31,996 nucleotides of DNA from a virus. Its lineage: Duplodnaviria > Caudoviricetes. The translations under genes and the position numbers were made by a program. Below, in pieces: positions 25,686-31,996 of this stretch (within the stretch, counting starts at the first letter, position 1; the number at the start of each line of letters is the position of its first letter). Under the pieces are notes generated by a model that saw only the letters and a program-made list of their open reading frames with translations, was not told where the DNA came from and searched no databases. Location of the stretch: positions 1 to 31,996 of IMG/VR virus record IMGVR_UViG_3300012971_000056, one strand, 5' to 3'.

Positions 25686-27083
25686 ATGACCTCTCACCTC
25701 AATCATCCTTACGCGGGGAAAATAAACGCCTCGATAAAGGCACGCCGCGGTCGCCTGGGCGCAAAAGCAGGCAAGTCATGGGGCGCTGGCGCTATCTACA
25801 CGCAGGGCGGCACGAAATATCCGAAGAAGAACGCGGGCACCTCCTCGCCAATGACTATCTCCGGCAAAGCCGGACCCAAACGTCCCGATCGGCAACCCAA
25901 CAGCATGGGCAAGTACGCGCGCGGTGGCGGCATCAAAGGCCGCAAGCCACACAGCGTGACCAATATCGTCATCTCGCATGCCGGCGGCCAAGGCGGCCGT
26001 GCCGGCGGTATCGGCGGCCCCGGCGCAATGCCACCGCGACCACCGATGGCGGGACCTCCTGTTGGTGGGCCGCCTCCCGGCGGGCCGCCGCGTCCGCCAA
26101 TGCCGCCAATCCAGCTCGCCATGGGCGGTCCTCCCGGCATGCCCCCTGGTTTAGGCGGTCCCGGCGCGCCTCCCGGCCTCACTCCGCCTCCGCCCGGCGG
26201 CATCTTCAAGCGCGGCGGCGTAGTCCGCAGACAAATGGGCGGTCCCGCTATGGCTCCGCCCGGTAACTCCGATGGCGTGACTTGCCCGCCGGATTCGCAA
26301 GGTCCGCAACCGCCAATGGCTGCAGGCGGCAGCGTCAAACGCCAACTCGGCGGCGTCGCCCCGCTCGTGCGGCGACCGCTTGCAGTCGCACGTCCCATGG
26401 TGCGCCCCGTCGTGCGGCGCCCCGTAGCAATCGCGCGTCCGCCAGTCGCTGCTGCGCCAATCGGAGGTCTTGCCCGCGCCGCCGGCGCGCGCGCTGCGCG
26501 TCGCGTCGCCACCGGTTTCGAGCGCGGTGGCGAAGCTGAAGAGCCGGGCGGCGAGGAACGCGAAGAGAAAAGCGAAGAGCGCAGCAAGACTAAGAAGCGG
26601 CAGCTTGGCGGCTTTAATCCCGTGAGCGGCGCGCGCCCAGTCGTCCCTGCGCGGCAACTGCCCCCAGTGCCGACCGTGATCCCGCAAACAGCAATGCAAC
26701 GGCGGCGCGCGCGCTTCGGTGCCACAACCCCGCCTGCGCCCGGAACAAGCTTGGGCTACAAGAAAGGCGGCAGTCACTCCGACGCCGCCGAGGACAAAAA
26801 GCTTATCCACAGCGAGTTCAAGAAGCTGGAGGCCAAAGAGGACAAAGGTAAGCGCGCTGCCGGCGGCTTTGTCCCAACAAAGCAAACCTCTAAGGATCCA
26901 GGGCTTATTGCCTCAAAGTATCGCCAACAAGGTGCCGGCTTTAGACAGCGCGGCGGCCATGTCGGCGGCGTAGGCCCGCAGTCAGGGCGCGGACCAAAGA
27001 TGCCCGGCAGCGCCGCTGGCGGCCTCGGTCGCCTCGCTAAAGCCAAAATGGCAGCAAAAGTCCCGGCCGATACGGAGCTTTGA
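25686..27083 (+). CDS. Basic low-complexity protein with repeated xxxGG motifs
   Basis: GGAGG RBS; 465 aa; Gly/Pro/Arg-rich. Confidence 0.8.
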   Translation: MTSHLNHPYAGKINASIKARRGRLGAKAGKSWGAGAIYTQGGTKYPKKNAGTSSPMTISGKAGPKRPDRQPNSMGKYARGGGIKGRKPHSVTNIVISHAGGQGGRAGGIGGPGAMPPRPPMAGPPVGGPPPGGPPRPPMPPIQLAMGGPPGMPPGLGGPGAPPGLTPPPPGGIFKRGGVVRRQMGGPAMAPPGNSDGVTCPPDSQGPQPPMAAGGSVKRQLGGVAPLVRRPLAVARPMVRPVVRRPVAIARPPVAAAPIGGLARAAGARAARRVATGFERGGEAEEPGGEEREEKSEERSKTKKRQLGGFNPVSGARPVVPARQLPPVPTVIPQTAMQRRRARFGATTPPAPGTSLGYKKGGSHSDAAEDKKLIHSEFKKLEAKEDKGKRAAGGFVPTKQTSKDPGLIASKYRQQGAGFRQRGGHVGGVGPQSGRGPKMPGSAAGGLGRLAKAKMAAKVPADTEL

Positions 27084-27337
27084 TGGTCGTCCACCCCGAC
27101 GACGTAACCTTTGCCGCTCAGCTCGAGCAGGCTATCAGAAAGGTCCTCGCCGGGGACGATAAAGCCCCAGGCCTTTATCGCACTATCCGCACCAGCCAAA
27201 ACTGGGATACCTTCAATAGGACCGAAGGTATCATCCAGGGTTATGAGGGATGCCTCAACTTGATGCGCCAAGTCGCGCGGCGTATGAACGAAGGATCTGA
27301 CGAGCCCAGAGAGGTCAGCGATAGGATGATGAACTGA
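27083..27337 (+). CDS. Hypothetical head-module protein
   Basis: TGATG coupling; WDTF....G.I.G pattern. Confidence 0.75.
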   Translation: MVVHPDDVTFAAQLEQAIRKVLAGDDKAPGLYRTIRTSQNWDTFNRTEGIIQGYEGCLNLMRQVARRMNEGSDEPREVSDRMMN

Positions 27338-27834
27338 TGCTGTCGCCTGTGCCACATCATGAGCTTATCTCCGGTCCCAGCGTCGCTACCATGACGCAGG
27401 CGCCGGCGACGCCCTGGCGCAATGAGGAAGAAGAAGAAGAGTATGCCGCCGATCCCAAGGCTTTTATGCTCAGCCGTTGCGAGCTCTGGATGGATAACGC
27501 GGAGTTTTTCCACAATGTGGTAATTACCGCGACCTATTACCTGCCGGCATTTCAGATCCTGCCCGGCGGCACCAAGATCCATCTGCCGCAGATAACCCAG
27601 GCCGAAGCCATAAGCCAAGGAAAGGTAGGCTTGGTCGTCGCCAAAGGTCCGCTTGCTTTCGTCGATTGTCCGGAGCTGGGCGTCTTTTTCAAAGGCCAGA
27701 ACCTCAATATCGGCGATTGGGCGCAATACGATATCCGCGACAATCGCCAGTTCACGATCAACCGCATCCACTGTCGGATCTTGAAGGACGTCAGCGTCAT
27801 CGCGCGGCTGAAAGATCCGCGGTTAGTATACTAG
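27337..27834 (+). CDS. GroES-like co-chaperonin
   Basis: GG..IHLP..QGKVGLVVAKGPLAF.D..GDW..CRILKD..V.A....P. Confidence 0.7.
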   Translation: MLSPVPHHELISGPSVATMTQAPATPWRNEEEEEEYAADPKAFMLSRCELWMDNAEFFHNVVITATYYLPAFQILPGGTKIHLPQITQAEAISQGKVGLVVAKGPLAFVDCPELGVFFKGQNLNIGDWAQYDIRDNRQFTINRIHCRILKDVSVIARLKDPRLVY

Positions 27835-27844
27835 GGAGATAGCG

Positions 27845-28894
27845 ATGGCCGAAGAGGACGAGAACCTCGTCGTCGATCTCAACAAGGAGGAAGAGGACGA
27901 GAAAAAGCCGGAAGAAGTCAAACGCGACGATGAGATCAAGGCGCAACAGGCGCCGGAAAAGCCGCCGCCGGTCCCCGGTCCCGGCCAAGCATCGCTGCCG
28001 CGCGTGCCTTCTCCGCCGTTGGCTCCGGAAGTCGCCATGGGCGACCTCGAGCGCCAGGTCAACGCTGAACGGCAAGCGCGCGCGCGCACCATCGCCGACA
28101 ACCGACGACTAGCGCAAGAACGCGATCAGGCCGTTGCCTTTGCCCAGGAGGCCGAACGCCGCGGCGTTTCCACCTATGAGCTTTTCTTCGAGCACCAGAT
28201 CCACAGCGCGCAAGAGCAGATGGATGCTCTGGGGGCCAGGCAAGAGTCGGCCTACAACGACGGCGACTGGAAGACTGTCTCGGAGATCAACAAGCGGATG
28301 AGCCATCTAGGCGGCCAGCTTGCAAGCTTTGAGAACCAGAAGAACGCTGCCACCCAGGAACGCCAGCGCCTGCTCGCGCAGCAGCAATATCAGGCGCAGC
28401 AACAGCAATATATCGCAGCACAGCAAGCGCAAGCAGCCGCGCAGCAGCGCGCCCAAGCACAGCAGCGGCCGCAGCTGTCCAATGACCCTGCGGAACGCAA
28501 GATGCAGCTGGCGACGCGGGGCAGAACCCCGGAAACCCAAGCTTTCATACGCCGACACCCCGAGCTCGTGCGTGGGGACGGCTCATTGATGCGCGGCGCG
28601 ATCGAGGCACACGAAAAAGCGCTTGACGCCGGGCACTCCGTCGATACGGCTGGCTACTTCCAGCACATCGAAAGCCTGATCGGCAACGGAAGCGCTCCTC
28701 GGGCCGACGGCGGCTACGCTGCACCCGTTGCACGCGGCAATCCGCTGCCGGCAAACGGCATGCGGGCGGATGGCACCTTCGTGATGACGCCAAAGATGCG
28801 GCAATTGGCCGAAGAACAAGGTGTCACTCCGCAAGAGTGGGCAAGAAACTACGTCCGCCTGATCAAAGAAGGGCGCATGACGCCGATCACATGA
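27845..28894 (+). CDS. Putative capsid scaffolding protein
   Basis: Acidic N-terminus, long coiled coil, C-terminal MTP..RQLA...GVT..EWA; upstream of capsid. Confidence 0.7.
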   Translation: MAEEDENLVVDLNKEEEDEKKPEEVKRDDEIKAQQAPEKPPPVPGPGQASLPRVPSPPLAPEVAMGDLERQVNAERQARARTIADNRRLAQERDQAVAFAQEAERRGVSTYELFFEHQIHSAQEQMDALGARQESAYNDGDWKTVSEINKRMSHLGGQLASFENQKNAATQERQRLLAQQQYQAQQQQYIAAQQAQAAAQQRAQAQQRPQLSNDPAERKMQLATRGRTPETQAFIRRHPELVRGDGSLMRGAIEAHEKALDAGHSVDTAGYFQHIESLIGNGSAPRADGGYAAPVARGNPLPANGMRADGTFVMTPKMRQLAEEQGVTPQEWARNYVRLIKEGRMTPIT

Positions 28895-28977
28895 TGGATG
28901 TCCTCGCAGTCACCATCCCGCTGGCAATCTTGGTCCTCTATACCCGGTGGTGGGTAAGGTTACATGAGCGAGCTTGA
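28894..28977 (+). CDS. 27-aa hydrophobic peptide (not in ORF track)
   Basis: MDVLAVTIPLAILVLYTRWWVRLHERA; TGATG coupling. Confidence 0.4.
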   Translation: MDVLAVTIPLAILVLYTRWWVRLHERA

Positions 28978-29203
28978 AATCGTTGGCTTGGCCGGATGGC
29001 TGCGCGACACGTCGCGAGAACCTCCGTCACGCGAGGAAACCGCCGACGAGATCGAGGCGCTGTACGCGGAGATCAACCGCCTGCGAGGGCAAATCGAGGA
29101 GCTGAAACGCTCCCGCGTCCCGGCCTGGGTGTTTGGGATGGAAGAGATGAAACCTAAGGAGATCGAAGATGCTGGACAAGATCCCGAGCCCAGTGCGGGA
29201 TAA
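28964..29203 (+). CDS. Hypothetical protein
   Basis: TADEIEALYAEINRLR; AAGG RBS. Confidence 0.6.
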   Translation: MSELEIVGLAGWLRDTSREPPSREETADEIEALYAEINRLRGQIEELKRSRVPAWVFGMEEMKPKEIEDAGQDPEPSAG

Positions 29204-29726
29204 CCCGCGCACCGACGATCCTCAGCCGCGCGAGGCGCTGCGCGCTGAAGAGCGCAGCCAGCTGCGCATCAGGGATGATGGCCGCAGCCGACAAATGACC
29301 GGCGACGCCGCCATCAATCCGTTCGACATCACCGATATCTACTCTATCTACGCGCCGACCGGCGGCGATCCCAAGAACGCCCACAACGAGATCGATTTCA
29401 ATTGGAAAAGATGGGAAGTTCATGGCGAGCAAAATTTTTCCGAGTGGCTGACCAATCAGCGCCAAGGCTGGCGCGCGGTGCAGCACTCGGACTTCCCTGG
29501 TCGCTTTGCGCCGCCCGGCACCGAAGGCCCCGTCAGAGTCAAGGACATGATCCTGATGGAAAGGCCTATGCGCTTGACAGTGCAGGCGAGACAGGAAGAA
29601 TACGACAAGGCGAGTCGCACCCTGCAAATGCATAGACAGGTGATGAAGACTACGCCGGAAGGCCAAGCGCCTCGCTTGGTGCTCGCTGACCGTTCTGCAC
29701 GCGAGGCGATCGAAATCCCCGAGTAA
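29169..29726 (+). CDS. Head-module protein of unknown function
   Basis: WKR..V.G..QGW..V..P..ILMERP; between scaffold and capsid genes. Confidence 0.75.
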   Translation: MLDKIPSPVRDNPRTDDPQPREALRAEERSQLRIRDDGRSRQMTGDAAINPFDITDIYSIYAPTGGDPKNAHNEIDFNWKRWEVHGEQNFSEWLTNQRQGWRAVQHSDFPGRFAPPGTEGPVRVKDMILMERPMRLTVQARQEEYDKASRTLQMHRQVMKTTPEGQAPRLVLADRSAREAIEIPE

Positions 29727-29825
29727 CTCGGGGTCGGCACCCGGAGCTCGGGTACGCGCTAAATCTCACCGGACCAAGGCGGAGCTCGCCAGACGCCGGC
29801 AACCCTAGACAGGGGAGCCGCCGCT

Positions 29826-30416
29826 ATGGCGAACGTAGACGCACGTTTCGGTTTTAAGCCCATCCGCCGCATCGACGGCGGAGCCTGGTCGGGCAATCTC
29901 ACGCAATTGAAAGTCGCCAACGGCGATACTAACCCGTTGAACCGCGGTGATGGAGTGCAAAGCCAGGCCTCCGGTTACGTGACGGTTGCCGCTGCCGGCA
30001 TCACCACGCATCTGTGGCGCGGGATTTTCCAAGGCTGTCATTACCTGTCGAGTGCCTTGGGATACAACATCTGGAGCAACTACTGGCCCGGCTCCGGTGC
30101 CATCGGCGACATCGATGTGTTCATCGTCGATGATCCGCTGGTCGTGTTCGAGGTGCAGTCAACCGGCGCGTCGCCGGTCGCCTTTGCCGATCTCGGACAA
30201 AACGCCGATGTGGTGGTCACCTCCAGCACTACCGGCCAATCCAAATGGGCCATCAATCAAGCCACCATGGCGGTGACAGCGACGTTCCCGTTCCGCGTGG
30301 TCGCGCTCGGAAACAACACCCGCTTCGTCGAAAACGGTTATGACGCGACCTCCGCGAACAACATCGTTGAGGTGGCGTGGAACGATCAGTTCCTGCGGCA
30401 GTTTGCCGGCATCTAA
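29826..30416 (+). CDS. Capsid decoration/cement protein (putative)
   Basis: MANVDARFGFKP..GD.V..GIF.GC.Y..DDP..VFEVQ; directly before the major capsid gene. Confidence 0.75.
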   Translation: MANVDARFGFKPIRRIDGGAWSGNLTQLKVANGDTNPLNRGDGVQSQASGYVTVAAAGITTHLWRGIFQGCHYLSSALGYNIWSNYWPGSGAIGDIDVFIVDDPLVVFEVQSTGASPVAFADLGQNADVVVTSSTTGQSKWAINQATMAVTATFPFRVVALGNNTRFVENGYDATSANNIVEVAWNDQFLRQFAGI

Positions 30417-30426
30417 GGGGTAAGCC

Positions 30427-31338
30427 ATGGCTATCAATCTTGCGAGCATCAAGAACGAGCTTTTCCCCGGCTTGGCCGCGGTCGAAGGTCGTTACCGAAA
30501 GATCGAGACAAAGTGGTCAAGGCTTTTCGAAAAGCGCACGAGCAAGATGGCACTCGAGCGTCGCACGCAAATGGCTTACCTGCCACTTGCACGAGAAAAG
30601 AACGAAGGCGCTATGACCTATTACGATGACCGAGCTGGTGAGCGCTGGATGTATAGCGCGGAGATGCGAGAGCTAAGTCTCGGTTATATCATCACCAGGA
30701 AAGCCGTGGAAGATAACCAATATAAGGCGGAGTTTAACCCGAGTAACCTGGGTTTGCAGGACGTATTTGCTACTACCAAAGAGATCTATGCCGCCAATAT
30801 TTTCAATTTAGGTAACGTATACGACCAAAGCATCGGCGGCGATAACGTCGCACTGTTTGCTACTAGCCACCCCATCGACACCGGCACCGTAGCCAACAAG
30901 CCGACCGTCGAGGTTGACCTTAATGAGTCGACCTTGCTCACGGCAATGACGACAATCAGAAATAACTGGGTCGATGAGCGCGGCATTAAGATTGTCGCGC
31001 GCGCGGACCTATTACTTATACCCGCAGCTTTGGAGCCGGTAGCCGTCCGGTTACTTCGAACGACTTTAAGACCCGGTACCAACGACAATGACATCAATGC
31101 TATCCAACATGTCGGCGGAGGTTTAAGGGACTTTATGGTTAATGAGTTTCTCACCAGTAACTTCGCCTGGTTCGTCAAAACCGATAAGCGTGGCCTCATC
31201 TACTACGACAGAGTGCCGTTTGAGATGGATATGTACGTAGATTTCGACACTGATAACCTGAAGGTAAAGGGCAGAGAAAGGTATGCTTTCTCTTACTTCG
31301 ATTGGCGTGGGGTCTATGGCACGTTCCCAACGTCATGA
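30427..31338 (+). CDS. Major capsid protein
   Basis: ELFPGL..KNEG..ITRKAVEDN.Y..TKE..AA..HP..DERG.KI..L..P..DFDT.N...K.RERY.F...DWR. Confidence 0.92.
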   Translation: MAINLASIKNELFPGLAAVEGRYRKIETKWSRLFEKRTSKMALERRTQMAYLPLAREKNEGAMTYYDDRAGERWMYSAEMRELSLGYIITRKAVEDNQYKAEFNPSNLGLQDVFATTKEIYAANIFNLGNVYDQSIGGDNVALFATSHPIDTGTVANKPTVEVDLNESTLLTAMTTIRNNWVDERGIKIVARADLLLIPAALEPVAVRLLRTTLRPGTNDNDINAIQHVGGGLRDFMVNEFLTSNFAWFVKTDKRGLIYYDRVPFEMDMYVDFDTDNLKVKGRERYAFSYFDWRGVYGTFPTS

Positions 31339-31348
31339 CAGTGAACGG

Positions 31349-31400
31349 TTGACTCTTACAACGTGATGAGAAATACTCGGCTCCTTCGCATGGAGGAGCC
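31349..31400 (+). promoter_or_regulatory. Putative promoter plus RBS-sequestering hairpin of the HNH gene
   Basis: TTGACT-17-AATACT; stem GGCTCCTTC-GCAT-GGAGGAGCC. Confidence 0.6.
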
Positions 31401-31403
31401 AAG

Positions 31404-31943
31404 ATGCCAAAGGAAAGGATGCCGATCGAACTGGTTAGAGACCTGTTCTCATACAAGAAGAGCACAGGAGAGCTGATCTGGCGTGTTGCCCCGAAATGGG
31501 GAGTGAAGATCGGTGATCGAGCCGGGACGATCCACACAGACGAAAAGGGGTACGTCTGCAGACAGATCGGATACAAGCGCAAGATCTACATTGCGTCACA
31601 TCTGATTTGGGCCTGGATGACGGGTGAGTGGCCGAAGCACAGTATCGATCACAGAAACAACGATCCGCTCGATGACCGATGGGAGAACCTGAGAGAAGCC
31701 AATCAAACGGAGCAGATGCAAAATATCCGAAGGCATCGTGACAACAAGACCGGATATAAGGGCATTTGGCATCAGGCAGGCAGAGAACATCGCGACGGAA
31801 AGAACTATCGGTGGCAGATGATGGTCAACGGAAAGAGAATATATAGCTCTGAGCGTTTCCAGACCGCCGAGGAAGCCTACGCCGCTTATTGTGTCGCTGT
31901 TAAGAAGTACCACGGCGACTTTGCCAACGATGGAGGGCCATAG
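31404..31943 (+). CDS. HNH-AP2 homing endonuclease
   Basis: Y...TG.L.W; IDHRNNDPLDDRWENLRE; NKTGYKGI..F.TAEEAYAAY..YHGDFA. Confidence 0.92.
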   Translation: MPKERMPIELVRDLFSYKKSTGELIWRVAPKWGVKIGDRAGTIHTDEKGYVCRQIGYKRKIYIASHLIWAWMTGEWPKHSIDHRNNDPLDDRWENLREANQTEQMQNIRRHRDNKTGYKGIWHQAGREHRDGKNYRWQMMVNGKRIYSSERFQTAEEAYAAYCVAVKKYHGDFANDGGP

Positions 31944-31946
31944 CTC

Positions 31947-31996
31947 ATGGGCATCACGGCAATGACTGGCCCGCTCGTTGTCTACGGGCAGGGCAC
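31947..31996 (+). CDS. Structural gene, truncated at the window end
   Basis: MGITAMTGPLVVYGQG, open to the end of the window. Confidence 0.55.
   Translation, partial: MGITAMTGPLVVYGQG

Noticed and set aside
25796-26885. Long antisense ORFs (309 and 244 aa)
   Set aside because: Shadows of a GC-rich low-complexity gene, with no recognisable motifs
27955-27985. 2A-like ribosome-skipping PGP motif
   Set aside because: Lacks D(V/I)ExNPGP, and 2A skipping is a eukaryotic-ribosome phenomenon
19413-31338. Stop-codon reassignment, inteins or introns in core genes
   Set aside because: TerL, portal and capsid are uninterrupted and of plausible size; TAA, TAG and TGA all serve as stops

Overview
A 32-kb segment of a GC-rich tailed dsDNA phage (Caudoviricetes) or prophage. 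The host is probably alphaproteobacterial, inferred only from gene style. 1-1.1 kb: two small + strand membrane genes interrupted by an HNH gene. 1.1-15.3 kb: a mostly minus-strand, translationally coupled early/middle region with an ERF recombinase, a DUF1367-like protein, a PD-(D/E)xK-like nuclease, an amino-methyltransferase, an HNH endonuclease, a C5 cytosine methyltransferase, a replication initiator with internal iterons, a GP88-like protein and many small genes. 15.4-32 kb: a plus-strand packaging/head module with TerS, TerL, a fibre-like gene, portal, a GG-punctuated basic protein, a GroES-like protein, scaffold, decoration protein, major capsid and an HNH-AP2 gene. Most notable: (1) the C5 MTase lacks motif IX, which appears in a 291-codon ORF nested in another frame together with three W-x-T modules (EcoHK31I-like two-frame enzyme, possibly multispecific); (2) a 465-aa protein with about 11 [YFMR]xxGG motifs that looks like a polyprotein; (3) a GTTAC/GTAAC palindrome array and an abrupt G/C skew flip just after terS; (4) several structured RNA leaders. 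No tRNA, CRISPR array, integrase or reverse transcriptase was seen. All family calls come from motif recognition by eye, not database searches.
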